64,000 nucleotides of DNA from Octopus sinensis (lineage: Eukaryota), in assembly GCF_006345805.1 (NCBI RefSeq), contig NW_021831286.1, positions 62,001 through 126,000 on the forward strand, read 5' to 3'. The position numbers and the translations under genes are program-made. The stretch's first letter is position 1; each line of letters begins with the position of its first letter. The notes under the pieces are model-generated. The model saw only the letters and a program-made list of their open reading frames with translations, was not told the DNA's origin and searched no databases. Positions 23,501 to 36,919 of the stretch are shown piece by piece.

Positions 23501-26500
23501 CAATTCGTTATTGCATTGCATTTTTTACTTCCCGACGGAGGGGAGTTCCCCTGGATGAACACTCCTATTTCTGGGCCTACTATTCTGAATATAAAGAAGA
23601 CCTACTCAACTATATTCCCGGAGTGGCACAGGGAAACTTGTCTTGGAAAGATTTTAAGGAGGCTGGGGCTGTTTGGTGGATCTCCAGTGTCCCACTTCTC
23701 CGCAAGTATGTGGAAATGGTATCACATGCTTGTCGATTTGAAAGATTGCTCGATGTCAGTTCCAGAACGAGGGTGACCCTTTGTCAGTAGCAATTTACTA
23801 CATGGCATTGAAAAAGAAGCTTGTGATTAGATCACTCTACAAGTGAGTCTATTTTCTGTATTTGAGATCATTAAATGACACTCGAATGGAGGCGTTCTTT
23901 GCAAATGACTTTGACGAGCCTCGTTGGAAGGAAGCTGCTAATAAGAATGCATTCTCTCTACTCACTAAAAATCGCTATATTCATAGCGCCGCATTTTTTA
24001 TGTTGGCGAATGATATTAAGAGTGCTATTGAGGTTGCCCTCCGACTGGACTGTTCTAGATTTGTGTCTTCCGTCTTAAGGATTTGCAGTTGGCAATGCTG
24101 ATAGCCGTTCTGTGGGAGTCGGACACATCCTCTCTGTCGTCGCCCACTTTTATTGACCTCGTCAAGTCTCAGGTGGTGGAAAATTCCCAAGCCAGCCCTG
24201 TTCTTCGCTGCATTGGCTGTCTAATAATGCAGGTTTCTCATTACTATGATTTGTAGGACTACAAGGGAGCCGTCCTCTCAATGGCAGAAGAAGGAATTGG
24301 TTTCATTCCCCAAGATACGGATTGCTCCAGATTGAACATGTACCAATACCTCACCACCTACAAAAAGATTAACTTTTCGGACATGGTGACTGTCGCAATC
24401 ATTGGTAGGCATGGACCGGCCATCGGCGGATATTGGCTCGACTGTTCTTCACGGTGGCCTATGCTTATCTGCGCAATGGGAATCCTCACATTTGCTTTGA
24501 GATAATGCAGCAGAATGGACACGTGATATATCCCTATTGTAATATTAAGTTGTTTAACGACATTTCCGTGCAATTAAATCACCTCAAGTTGATTGGGTGC
24601 CTCAAAATACTGGCAAGTGAAATTGACGGCGAGAACATTGGTTGGCCCAATGTATAATTTGACAGGATTTGAGGACAATCCAATGGCATTCAAAGAGCAT
24701 TTCCTCCATTGGGTATACGCCAGTGCTTCATTCGTGAATGCCACATTCATGAGGATATGTATTTGTTGGTCATGCATCAGTTAAATAGCTCATCCAATGC
24801 TCGAGAAGGAGTTTATTACTGATCTCTCTCTCGTTCCGGGTTTTCAGAGGAATGAATGTTCCGAGGAGTCAAGAGTCACTGATTGGCTTATATCTAATCG
24901 TTCCTTCCTCCACTGTCTCCTGTCGTATTGCAAGTTATTTGACACTGCCTCCTTGATTTGCCTGACTGCAGTCAAGACAGAACTAATGTTGTTAATTCAG
25001 GCTTGAGTGTTGTGGGTAGACTGGTGTAGAAGCTGGAGCACGTGGCTGTCACTCATTCTTTTAGCAAAGAAAGGAAAATAACTTCAGCAGTGCCTTATAT
25101 TTTTGCAAATCAGTTGTGCTATCAGGAAGTGCTGTTTAACCCCATTAATTTCCTCCGAACCTTAAATCAAGATTTGCTCTCACTTTTGGTAAACTCGTAC
25201 ACTTCAGATACTCCGGCTCAGGTTTGGCTAAGTCCGATTTTCCTCAAGGTGAGACAAATATTCAATTTGACCAAAACACTGTCTTCTTCTCTCTTTCAGT
25301 GTTTGGTCGATTTTCCAGGAAATGGACTGGACTCGCAGGGAATTGAGATTATTGCCGACCGGAGTGAAGGAAGCTCATCTTCGAGGCAATTCATGTCTGT
25401 CCTGGTGGAGGACATGAGGCATAAATTGGCAGCCAACCTGCCACATGCGGACATTGAGCAGTACACCTCCTCGTGCTTTGAAAATTGGCCTTGTTCTAAT
25501 TATTTAATAATGTCAAGTCAATGTGGACGATGCTGACAATTCTGGACTTGGTGGTTACGTAATATTTCTGATCGAAGTTTTCTCGACTGTTTATGTGGCA
25601 CTCGTGTATGTAGCCCTCATTCGAAGTGATTTCGAACTGCTTTATTCACTCTTGAACAGAGTTTTCCCAATTTTCTCCTATCATTACTTGTTTGGCTGTT
25701 CGGTTATGTTGGCGGATGACAACAAATGTTGATTATGCCATTCTAATCACTAGATTACTATTGTAGGCCACAACAAACACTTTTGGACTTTTTCCTACCA
25801 CAAGTAGTTATTTTTCTGACTTTTTAGTCGACTAACGTTATGTCCTGGAATACTGCAGATTTGGACGAGTTTTGGTTATTCTAATTTGCAGTGTGGGGGA
25901 GTATTACTCCGTGTTGCTACATCTGGCCAGTCTTGAATATGCCCGTTTCCTGCTCAGAAAACTGTTTGTAATGCTGCAGATAAACCCCAACAGTAATTTA
26001 CTGGGTGACCCATTCCAGATTTGATATCCGTCTCCATCAATCTGTTTGCCATCGATCGGATGCTTAATACTCTCGCCGAGAGAAAGACTGTGGAAATTGC
26101 CCACTGGACTGGCCCGTCTAAGGAGTTTGAGAGTGTTCTCAAGTTGAATGACAGTCGCAATATTTTCAGCAAATACCACTTGTTTATCTCCGGGGAAATA
26201 AGACCAAAGTGTGTTTATCGGTTTACTCTTAGAGAACTAACTCCCTCTATGAACAAACTGTGGGGTATGCTTGTGAGGAAAAGGTTTCTAAGGAGTGTCT
26301 TCATCAAGAACGTGTACACAAATATAAATGCCGAGACCAAAGTATATTATTTTCAATGACCTGTAGGATGAGAATCTGCGCTTCCATCGAGTGATTGACC
26401 CCAAAGAAGGCAAGATTACTTCGTTCTGTTTCCACGAGGAAAGGATGGTTGTTTTAATTTGCAGAATTCACTATCTTTGGTTCACGGAAATGGATTGATC

Positions 26501-27645
26501 GAGGTGGACGTCACCAAATTGTTATATCCCCCATCGTGGGTGCTCAATAGGTCGGAATATGACATTGATTTGCTTAATTGGTATATTATCCGTGATCAAT
26601 ATGAGTATCCTCGTGTCCGACGACTATGAGGATAAAGCCACTCCTCTCCCCCAACCAGAAATATCCTTCCACGAGCACATAAACCGTTTCGAACCAGTTA
26701 TAGCACGTAGTTAAGTATAAGGGTTTAAAACGGAATAATTCTTCTTCATTTACCAAACTATGTGCACTTTTAAACCACCGACTTTGTCAGTGACGAGTTA
26801 TTGTATGAATAGATGCAAGTGGACATTCCAATGGGGTCGTCAAAGTGTGGAGTTGGGGACGGTCCAAGTCAGTCCATCACTTATTCGAGTCAACTCATGG
26901 AAGCATCACTCAGATGAGACTATGTCCGTCTGATCCAATGCGGGTAGTTTACTCTCATCCTTGTAGATCTCCGTTTCTGACTCGAAAGGGTTCCTCAGGG
27001 CGTCCCAAATGAAGCACCACATTGTCGATAGTTCAATTAATATGGTTTAATACTTTTCTGATTGGTAGCAAGTCCACAATTATATGCATGTCACTGACTT
27101 TGACTATTTTCTCTCTCCTAGTACTTTGGTATTCGCTGGGAATTCAAACGAGGGGGCCTGCATATCGATGTGGGACCAGCTCATTCCCCCTAAAAGTGGA
27201 GTTCATTTATGTAAGTTTCCTGAGAGTTATTCCAGTTATGAAGAATAATTTTGGTCTGTTTAATTGTGTTAATTATGCCTCTCAACACCACGTTTTGCTG
27301 GCTGGCCACAGTTCTGAGGGATTATATGTCATCGACTCCAGGAATCATAAACAACTTGGCAGGATTAAACTGGAAGACTCCCACATTACTAGTTTGGCTG
27401 TTCATCCAACTGAGGACTATTTCGCTGTGGGCTGTAGTTCGGGAAATATTCAGGTGTGGGTTGTGATTGAGTGGTAGATGTATCGAATGGCTGACTTTGG
27501 TTTGTTGCACTGCATAAAGGCCGCTCACTCTCGAAATTCCATGTTCAAACACCACTCGGGGGTCACTGAAATACAGTTTTGGCCTTATGGTTTTATGACT
27601 TCGAGTGGGAAGGATGGGACTGTAAGATTTCACGATCTTCAGTAA
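17506..27645 (+). CDS. DMXL: DmX-like / rabconnectin-3alpha (WD40 repeats + Rav1p_C)
   Basis: N-terminal 'AYGSGSKLVIL', 'FSNDGFFFASL', 'LHHPFPVTYISWR', 'WESESSGG', Rav1p_C 'WKEAANKNAFSLLTKNRYIHSAAFFMLA', C-terminal WD 'HPTEDYFAVGCSSGNI' and 'SSGKDGTVRF'. Many micro-introns; one intron carries a hAT element. Exon structure only partly resolved. Confidence 0.9.
20551..22614 (+). mobile_element. near-complete hAT DNA transposon with BED zinc finger transposase
   Basis: 11-bp TIRs CAGGGTTGTTA; 8-bp TSD GTTATGGG/GTTATGGT; subterminal GATTTAAATC and AAAAAATC repeats. Transposase 20658-22282 has BED 'CRNC...H', 'DGWSN', 'TDNAANM', 'CSAHYLNL', 'RWNT', 'STGGIERIFS', broken by four apparent 1-nt deletions. 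Confidence 0.95.
22330..22495 (-). mobile_element. short 5'-truncated retroposon nested in the hAT 3' region
   Basis: Flanked by TTTGAAATA direct repeats (22321-22329 and 22496-22504); AATAAATAAAAAA tail on the minus strand. Confidence 0.6.
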
Positions 27646-28441
27646 ATTATTTATTTTCGTTCTTTCAGATTTGATACCAACATTTAACACACTCTTAACA
27701 TTGCTTCTTAAGGTCAGCTCTCAATTGTTGAACTGGCTGTATATCTCTTTGACTAATCGAACAATAAATATCGACAGAATGATGAACTATACATTTTTTA
27801 GCATCAGTTAAAAATATATCAGACTCAGTATTGTTCTATTAAGGATTTGTGCAAAATCAAAGTTATTGGTGTTAAAAATTTGATTTCGTCCGTAAAGGCC
27901 TCAATTGTAAAAAGTAAAAAAAGATTGCCAACCGGATGTTGTTGTTACCAAATGTGCAAGTTGACTGAATGCATCAAATTATTATATCCCTTTACTTAAA
28001 AGCTAGTAATTTATAGATCCGCACAGGCATGAAATACACTTTATTTTAAATAAAGAGGAGTTAATTTTTAACTAATCGTATGTAGAACCAAGGAATTCTT
28101 TAATTGTTTTATTTTTCTTTTGTGGGTTTAAGATAGACAATCAATTTCCGCAGTGAGTATTCGTGACGTCCACTGTGTCATCCGGCTTAGTCATTAAAAT
28201 ACTGGCAATAAGAGAAATTGCCGGCCGTTTTGAAATAATGATTAACCATTGAGATTTTAAATATATAAATTGTTTATTTAGGTTACAAATAAATAAAATA
28301 AATAAACAAAAGCTGAATATCACGCTTTCGTTGTGCGATATGATAATTCAAAATCAACTCGCGCCTGCAATAGAGGTTATATAGACAATAAAGAATACAT
28401 TTGAATTATAAATTAATTCTCAATTCATTATTTTCCAATAG

Positions 28442-31400
28442 ATGAATGAAATGTTTCAAGAAGAAACTGAAAATTTAAACCCGGGCCACTTTACCGACCC
28501 GGACAATTATATTCTTAGCCTGGAAAGCTTAATAAAATGTATAAAAATCCTCAAAAACAGTCAATTTAACCTCGATTTATGTCCAAATAAATTCACGGAG
28601 CTCATAATGTCAGTTCTCTGCACACTCGACTTCAAGGAAGGTCATTTTGCAGCATTTCAAAGCCAGAACCCCCGATTCGAGTATTTGAGAGCATCCACGG
28701 CCTCATTGTGGACTACGACCGATGGGCGAGTCAGGAATTGGCCAGCATCATTTCATTTCAATGGGTAATCTGCATCGACAGACTATCACTGGCCAAAACA
28801 CGAGGCAGCAAGTTCTGATCAGTCCGTAGGTTCTGGCGAGGAAGACGTTTTGTTGAACGAATGTATCAACAGAAACTGTTTTGGGAATTTATGTTCGTTT
28901 CTGGGGTCATGTCAACACATTTTGTGGACGGTTTTTGTGGTTTCTTATTTTAGCCTGTTTTTGCCGAGAGAATTAATTCAATATTGACGGATTTTATTTC
29001 GTTGTATCCATTTACTGTCCGGACTGTTTGTCATTTTGTAGATTAAGAAACTGCGCGATGCCTCTGAGGGGAGTATGGACTACCGCAGTTCCTCCCATTA
29101 TATTCGCTTCTTTTCACTTGTATTTATTTTTATCAATTGAAGGTGATTTATTTCTATGAAAATGTGTCTTTTCCTTTCGGGTCGGACTTTTGGGCAGAAC
29201 ACGAGGACAATTCATCAAAAAAGGCAATATCCACCAAACATGTGAACACTTGTGGTTAATTGGCAGGAATTTTTATATAATTTCATAATATATATTGGAC
29301 AAAACATTGCCCAGTTTCATCTCGTCCATTACTTCAGGATGCTCAAATCTCTCTGCATCTCCGGAGGATCCGAGCCCTCTACGTGCTGTTTTGAACTGCT
29401 CCTCTCAGACTTGTGTCCCACCGGTTGATTTATTACTTCATTCCAAGGTGTGGGGGCAGGACAGTTGACGTGGCACACCATCATCAAGGCAGTTCATGAT
29501 TACTCCAGTTTGTTCAATACTAATAATATTCCTGCCATATCTGACGATGATTTGGACATATTTTGTGCTGCCTTCGACCTTCTTTCTGCATTAGCATCAA
29601 ATGTTCCGTGTTGGATATTTATCATAGAATATCAAAGTATTGACTCAGGTTGAAGATTGGCGGGAAGGGGTCTCTGGATGTCTCTGCGATTTCCTGACCG
29701 TTTTATTTCGACTTGTGTTTTGGCCGACGTCGGCGACTTTGAAGGCCAGGACTTATGATTTGCTAGCCAGTCTTCTTTATTCTCAAAAAATGTCAAAAAT
29801 AATATGGAATGCCTTCAAGGGCAATCTCAACGTGCAACAACACGTGGGCGATTTAGACTGGGGAGACGTCAGAAATGAATATTTCGATTTGGCCGGGTCT
29901 TTTGCCGCATTTGGTGCGAACATTATTCTTTCTGATTGTTCCCCTTGTTTGTCATTGGAAACAACTATTTTGGACATTGCCTCCTTTCATTCTCGCCAGT
30001 TCTCCAGACTAATGACCACAGATTTGTCTCCCGTCGACGTTTCCACAGTACAGATTGTTGATTTATGACCATTAGTGGTCGTATTTGGAAAAGTGTTCTC
30101 GTTTTTTGAGCATCTTTGTGTCAGAATTTGCAAATGATTGCATTTTTGAGAACTGTTCTTTTTATTCTCAACTAAACTCGTTTTTGGCCAATAATCTTCA
30201 CGATTTGGTATTTCCTGGCGTTAAGTTTTTGTAGATCACCAGGATTTTGGGATTGAGTTATGATATCATCTGTAATGCAAGTGCTGCCCATCGCAGTTTT
30301 GTTGGGAATATTAACTTGATAGAATTGGTTTATTTTGCTGCAGAAACATCCCATAATTTTGTTGATTTGTCGTTATCTCTGCTCTCAACTCCGGAAATTA
30401 TCTCTCGCGTTAAGACTGGGGAAGACCTCACTCATGGCTCATCACTTCCTGTTAATTCGTTGTTGACTGTTGTGAAGTAGTTGTTCTCTATAAACTTTAG
30501 ATTTGTCCAATTTTTTCAAGATTTCCCTTCTTTGGCTTTTTCTTCTTTGAAAGTATTAAAACAAATGTACAAAAACGACTCCTTTAACGTAGAAGACTTG
30601 TATTCCACTTTTGACGTAGTTCTTAGCATTTGTATGTGTTAGGATGACTGTAATTTGTTCTGTCGGACTCTGAACGGTGCTTTGTCGTCAATATTCTCTC
30701 GGGTGGGTGACATGGAGAAGGAAACACGTGACTTTGATGTTCATTTTGTGGAGGTGGTGGTCGATGTGATTATTTCTTGTTGCAAAAAAATTATTCCTGG
30801 AAAGAGCAGTCGAATTGTATTGGGGTTCACCGAAAATTTTGATGTTGATGGGCAATCATGTTTTGCTACTATCCTTTCCCGCCTTTTCGAATGGCGTGAA
30901 AGTGATTTTCAAATCAGATGCTGTTTTTTGTCGTTAATATCTTCATTGCTCAACAATGATATTTATCGTGTGCCTGTCCGTCGATTCATACTGTCTCGGA
31001 ATGGGCGTTTTTACTGTGATTTAATGAACGAGTATTTACCGCGGTGGATTGAAAATGGTTATAGTCATGGAAATGCAAGTTTTAGGTGATTTCAAACCAG
31101 CATTGCTGGCGGTTGAGATTGTTTCCGTTGAATTTGTTTGTGAGAACATTGACGTCCTGGATGTGGTTCGAACTGCCTATATTTCTGGTAGTCAAATCTG
31201 ATTATTGTGTAGGTAGAGGAATGTCGAATTTGTTGGTGTTAATGTTTGGAGTGAGAGATGTTGAGGATGACTCTATCGATGATTTGCATGGACTTTCTCT
31301 TCCTTCCTATTTGAAGGTTGGTGAATTCTACGATGTTTCCTTGTTGGTATCATTTCTCAAAAGATCGAACAAATTTGTTTATACTTTATTTATAATTTAA

Positions 31401-33488
31401 TAGGTGGACAATTATGATCAGGCTGCTTTGATGTACAACATTCGGGTGGAACGGGGGCTTACGAAATACCAGTTTTTGGAATGTCTGTTTAGGTCGCTCC
31501 AATTATTCATTACTTTGGAAAGGACATGTTTACAAATCACCAAAGATTATTTGATTCCTTTTTTATTGAGTCTGCTTGACATTTCTCTCCAAAATGTGAA
31601 CTTTTCCAAGTCCCCCACCAACCTTCATTGTTTTTATGGATTACTGTGTAGTACAGTCGAGACACTCTCAATATTTTTTGCTGGTTTTCCCTGTGAAGAT
31701 GCTGATGGGAGTTTGAACGTGGTCTCCCTCAATCTTCTTATATCACTTTTTGAGCAATTCCTTGGTATTTATTCGAGGTGGTTATTCCTTAGTTTATTCT
31801 TTCCGCATGAATGACTCTATTATTCGAATCTCGGTTTATTCGTGTTTGTACCACGTTGTTTGCATTATTCCGCTCATTGCTACTAGTTTCTCTCTTTGTA
31901 ATTGTGTTAGACGATAAATTGGATGTCAGTCTCTTCGAGAATAAAGTATTGACGGGAAATGTTGTGCTGGATATTTGTAACTCTAATCCACGTCTGCAGG
32001 TTCTGTACCCTAATACAGTGAAAATAGGCTTCTGCCCTGTCGTTGGGTGCATTATTGCTAAGAAGCTGTCACAATGTGGCAATTTCTAGTCTTTTTGGGA
32101 TTCCTCACTTCATTAGACGTCTTCAGTTGGAAGGGATTTTGTTGAATGTTCTTCAGGGACTGCAAACACATGATGTGAAGCTCCAGCAAAGTGACAAGTT
32201 GACGGATGCTGATTTTCCCGGAGATATAGTGCTCTATTCATTCAAATTGGTGTTTTATCGATGAAATGATTATAGTATTTCCTATTGGCTGTGAGTCAGC
32301 TGACGAAGGGATGTGAACTGTTGATGTATTCTGGATGTCTCGATGTGCTTGCTCTCCTTCGTCTGCCAGTTTCCCGTCCGCTGGATGAGCAGTAATTAGC
32401 ACATGTTAATGTTGTTAGAAGCCTTGTCGACTTTGATCGTGTGTTTATCCCATTTATAAGTATCCTGACGAAATTGGTGCATTCATTTGGACTTGAGCAG
32501 GGAATTATGGATAAGAATATATCCACTATTATAGCAGCCAGTCACGATTCGTACATTAATATTATATCCGGGGACAATATTCCAGAAACACGGTCATTTT
32601 GTGAGTTCCTTACAGTATGTATGATTAGAGGTTGTTTTTCTGTTCTAGTCCGCAGCTTCCCCGTCTTCGTTGACAAGGAATCTGCTGAAGGTTGGGTCCT
32701 TTGATCGTCATTTATTGAATTTGTTTATCAAGTTTTGTTTTTTGTGTGATGTCTAGTCTGACTCATTCATTCTGTAATAAAAGTGACTGTGATGAGTCGA
32801 ATCATATTCTGCGTTTACTCCGCGTAATCTCACATTTTTTCCGTTATTCAACATTTGGTATTTTATTTTATCTTCTAATAAAAGATTCCCCTGAACAGAT
32901 GGCATTTGTTTTTGATAATTTTTTGCCCCTGGGACGAGGTCAGAGCAACTTGTTTTATTATTAGAAAAAAATGGCTACCCCTTTTCGTTTTTGGGAGCAA
33001 TCAGGAATTTGATTGACATCTACTTGATTGAGCTTAACAAATGTTCGACCACTGATTCTCTGGCTTTGTTATTTAATTTAAGAACGCTATATGGTTTGTC
33101 AACTATTAAATTATTTGTAGAAATTACGGAGTCTACTTTGTTTGTTTTGTGGAGACATGTTCGTTTTCTTGCCAACAAGCGATCGACTGATGTAGGAGTC
33201 TATTCCTCATTGTTTTCCAGTTTTGATATCCCTTTACTGGTAGGACTGATCACCCCTGGCAAGTCGCGTCCTTGTAGCGATGCACTTGTCCGATTTATTG
33301 ACAAAGTACGTCACGAATTTAACGAAAGTATTTTAACTCGACTTAATATACTTCTAAATGTGAGTGACTTAGTTTTGTTTATTATTAAGAATATTCCCTC
33401 CAGTGATGAGGATGGCGATTTCTTATCGTCCCGATTCATTATGACTGTTACCCGCCAGCTGGAGGAATTCCTTCGAGATGATAGTTAA
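28442..33488 (+). CDS. NUP205: Nup205-like nuclear pore scaffold protein
   Basis: 'LTWHTIIKAVHDY...ISDDDLDIFCAAFDLLSAL' and 'LVFWPTSATLKARTYDLLASLLYSQKMSKIIWNAF' resemble Nup205 'ISWDHFFHSL..ITQKEQDGLIAFLQL' and 'SIPPVLKAELLKTLAAFGKSPEIAASLWQSL'. Long all-helical gene with many micro-introns. Confidence 0.62.
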
Positions 33489-33759
33489 TCACACCTTTCA
33501 TAATTTTTTATATAAATTTAATTTGGCTTGTTTTTGTTTAATTATTGAAGTTTCCCCATGTTTTGATTATTGGGGTTATTAAAGTTGTTTACAAACTACA
33601 AGGGCTCCTGCTGATTCGAGAACACTTGAGACAAGTTGTTTAAAAACCAGATAGCAGATACTTTACTGGACTTTTCTACACGATAATGCATGAAGTCATT
33701 TTTGTGAACAATGTCGCGAAAAGTCATTTATTTGTGAAAAGTCACTTTTTTAGCTCAAG

Positions 33760-33880
33760 TTAACGATCCTTGGGAGGTGGACTGGCTTTTTCAGCGGTTC
33801 TCGATCGTCGTTATCCGGAAGAACAGTTTGGCGATTCGCCAGGCTGTTTGGCAATATTCTATTTTAAAAATAATCAAGCT
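33760..33880 (+). mobile_element. CRE-like element, extreme 3' fragment
   Basis: Translates 'NDPWEVDWLFQRFSIVVIRKNSLAIRQA', homologous to 'HDPREYSWLLERLSIAVIRGNGFAIREA'. Confidence 0.7.
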
Positions 33881-33881
33881 A

Positions 33882-34075
33882 AAGGCGCAGGAAAGGAGAC
33901 CGACTCGTTCCTTAACGAGGTCGGGCAGTCCATCGGGAGGAGGCTTAAGGATCTGAGAGAGGGCCTCTGGTTCTGCTAGCGCATCGGTCTGGCCATTGTT
34001 CGCGACAACGCACACTGCGTTTTTGCCGCTGGCACATAACTTTCGCTTAATTGTTACCTTTTGTAATAAAAAATT
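33882..34075 (+). mobile_element. second CRE-like 3' fragment, head-to-tail with the previous one
   Basis: Translates 'GAGKETDSFLNEVGQSIGRRLKDLREGLWFC*RIGLAIVRDNAHCVFAAGT*', followed by AATAAAAAA. Confidence 0.7.
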
Positions 34076-34396
34076 TAAGTCAAACAAAATCAAGCTAAAT
34101 ATTTTCAAAAGATGAATTTAAATTTATTCAAAAAATCTGAATTTTTCTAATTTTTTTGGTAACTAAATCAGGATCTTTCTGTAGATCCATTCAGAAACAG
34201 AATAATTTATTTCGTCGACTTTATTATTATTGTTTTGACAAAAGCCGCCACAAACGTGCTTAGACAATCTTTAAAGTTCACAGTGCTTAATTGGAAGAGT
34301 ACACCATTAGAAATTCAAAAATAAAATTAATTTGAGGTAAATTATTGGAAGTTTTCAACAAAAAAACAAAAGGGAATTAGGAAAAAATAACAAAAA

Positions 34397-34741
34397 TTAA
34401 TTGTCCATTAGCATTTTAATTTTCCCAAGCTTTATTTTGGCTCTATTCAGCCCACCAAGCTAAATATGAAAATATCGGGAAAAACCCGTTTTTTGAGAAA
34501 TTTCTGTGCCTTTTTAGTTCGATTTTGATTGAGAAAATCGACAGTCCTCTTTTCATAAGGAGCGGAGTTACAGACACTTTGAACTATGTTGCGGACGAAT
34601 TCTGTCTTTCTGGTTTGTCGCTAAATGCTAAATAAATAATAAATCTACCCCTTTATTTCTCGATGGCCGTGCCACTCTTTCAAGACGAGTTGTTTTATAG
34701 TTTTTTATCGGAAATAGTGTGCGAGAATTAGGACCAACCAT
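34397..34741 (-). CDS. RPL36: 60S ribosomal protein eL36 (divergent)
   Basis: Spliced (28- and 26-nt introns): 'MVGPNSR...PSRNKGRQTRKTEFVRNIVQSVCNSAPYEKRTVDFLNQNRTKKAQKFLKKRLGGLNRAKIK', matching the eL36 pattern 'FVR..EVCGFAPYERR..ELL..KRALKF.KKR.G...RAK.K'. Confidence 0.85.
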
Positions 34742-35464
34742 GAAGAACTACGTTAAAACGTGTCTTTATTTTATTTAATGAAAAATAAAATTTGTATTAT
34801 AGAATTTAACATTGTTAAGTAATTTAATGAGACTTTTTTACATTATAAATTGATTATAATGCATTTAACACTGCGAGGACAGCCTCTATTTCTGCTAGTC
34901 CCTTACATAAACTCTTGTTTAACTACCTCAAAATTCGTCCCCATTTCGAGCTATCGACATACCCTTTCTGGAGAGCCATTCAGGACTCCCGTCCACGCCG
35001 GACAAAACCTCTACTGCCATGGTCTGGGATCACTTAGTTAGCCATGACTTTTCTCCTTTTCCTTATTACCAGGTGATCCTTGGTTAACAATAACAATAAA
35101 TAAACACTGTGAAAGCTGAATCTGGAACTGGAATCAGAAAATGGCGGCGAAGAACTATTTTGTAAGAAAAGTATCATTAAATTGAAAATGACAAAAACGG
35201 AATGAATATTTGTTACTGTATTTTTATGACACATTAGTCATGCAATTGTAATTATTTATATTTGTCTTTTATCTAAATTGTGGTTGGTGGTAATGACAAA
35301 GCTTATGCATTATGAAATGCGATTCATGACAAAAAAATTTAATGATTAAAAAAATTCATGACATTTATTTCAAGAATTTTATTTTTTTAATATTTTACTT
35401 TTCTAAATTATTTTTAGCCAAAAAATGAATTATTTAAACAGAAATTAAAATTAGCCGGATTAAA

Positions 35465-36055
35465 TTAAAAGAAATTGTTTTCGAAGTAAGTTGAATGCAT
35501 CTTACTTTCGATTCTGCCAGATTGAACAAACAGTGCTGTTAATTTGGATATATCTTCGTACTGCTCTTTCACCATGTCGTCAAGAAATGCGGAAAACTAT
35601 ATTTTATTTTAAAAATATACATGTGAATCATCGTGAATATCAGCCAATTTTTTCAAAGCTATAATCTTGTCCGTTATCATTTTTTCCATATTGAGGGATA
35701 TCTGAAGAGCTTCGTTGATGCTCGAAATTTTATTTTGTGGTGCCTGTAGAATAACTAAGTTAATATTGTACTCTTATTGGTTTTAATTTGACATAGCCCC
35801 CTCTTTGAATTAAATAATCCGAGAACATTCCCGCGTGTGTTATTTCCTCTTCTGCCTTCTTATGAAAAAACTGTGCTGTTTTTGGAAGACTCGTAGAAAG
35901 TGCCGCGAAGTAATTTGACTTTAATAAAGTTTATTAATAAATACCATGTCCTGATATGCATAGGATGCAGTATACTCCTCATTGATCTGAGCATTGATTG
36001 CTTCTTCTATTTCACTTGAAAAGTGGTATCTTGCATTTATAATCGGAGTATTCAT
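35465..36055 (-). CDS. ferritin (H-type ferroxidase residues retained)
   Basis: 'EEAINAQINEEYTASYAY', 'FFHKKAEEEITHA', 'LIQRGG', 'LNMEKMI', 'KEQYEDI'. Three micro-introns. The true start may lie further upstream. Confidence 0.9.
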
Positions 36056-36919
36056 TGATTCTGCACGATTATTTGCTAAGTCGTACGACAGTTCCTTATT
36101 TATAGCTGAAATATCCAATAACAATTAATTTGTGGTTTTTTTAATGGCTGAGCTGTTTAATTAGCTAGATTTATGTAAAATTGGATCTTGTGTTGATTTC
36201 GAAAAAAAACAAATACAAATGATATTTTTTGAGTACCACTTTGTAAAATGCTTTTTCAAATAACATCTGATTTGCATTTAACCGACTTTCAATATTATTT
36301 TTTAAAAAACTCCTGGAAAATACAAAAAGAAAATTCGAATTGTGTTTTTCTTTTTTCACGTCCACGTTTTTTTCTTGCTCTCTTATTTTGTGCCGTGTTT
36401 CATAACAAGTTAAGGTCTTCTATGCTTTATAGTTATTTTTTATTTAGATTAGGCGCTTGTTGAGTTATGTTGGCAAACCTGATCTCACGCCTTCCACAAA
36501 ATGTCCCTCGCCTTATGCAAAGTAGTTTTTCATCTCGATATTAGTCAGAGCTTATTGCTTTTAGAAAGAATCTCGTATTAATTATGTTTAAAAAATAGTT
36601 AGTTCTCGATTTAGAAACTATTAAGCTAGCCTTCAAAATTCCTTTATCTTATCTGAAATTCGAAATATATATCTGCAATTATCTTTATTAATAAATTTGG
36701 TCGGAAATAGAAATCTCTTTAATTAGACAGAACAATCATATTTTGTCGGAAACATTTGCCGTTTTCGATGTTGGGGTCAGAACTAATATACCTCAGTTTA
36801 AACTGAAATCTGAATTATGAGGCTGCCAGAAATGCTATAAAAAACAATTCTATCTTTTCTGGTTTGAGAGTTCATAATTTGTAAGAAATATATTTAACGG
36901 ATTAGTAGGTATTCTTTCG

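Noticed and set aside
33770-33979. ORF beginning MGGGLA, suggestive of a macro domain
   Set aside because: Other frames show it is two CRE-like RLE C-termini; no further macro-domain motifs.
33712-34007. TGTCGCGA ... TCGCGACA resembling the MITE termini
   Set aside because: Only 8 bp match, no TSD (aacaa vs acgca), and the right-hand motif lies inside CRE coding sequence.
35900-36560. Possible stop-codon reassignment (in-frame stops in ORF-like sequence here and elsewhere)
   Set aside because: Fully decoded genes (MCU, SLC33A1, GUK1, ferritin, RPL36, AASDH) need no read-through; the stops fall in micro-introns, and TAA/TGA are used as normal terminators.
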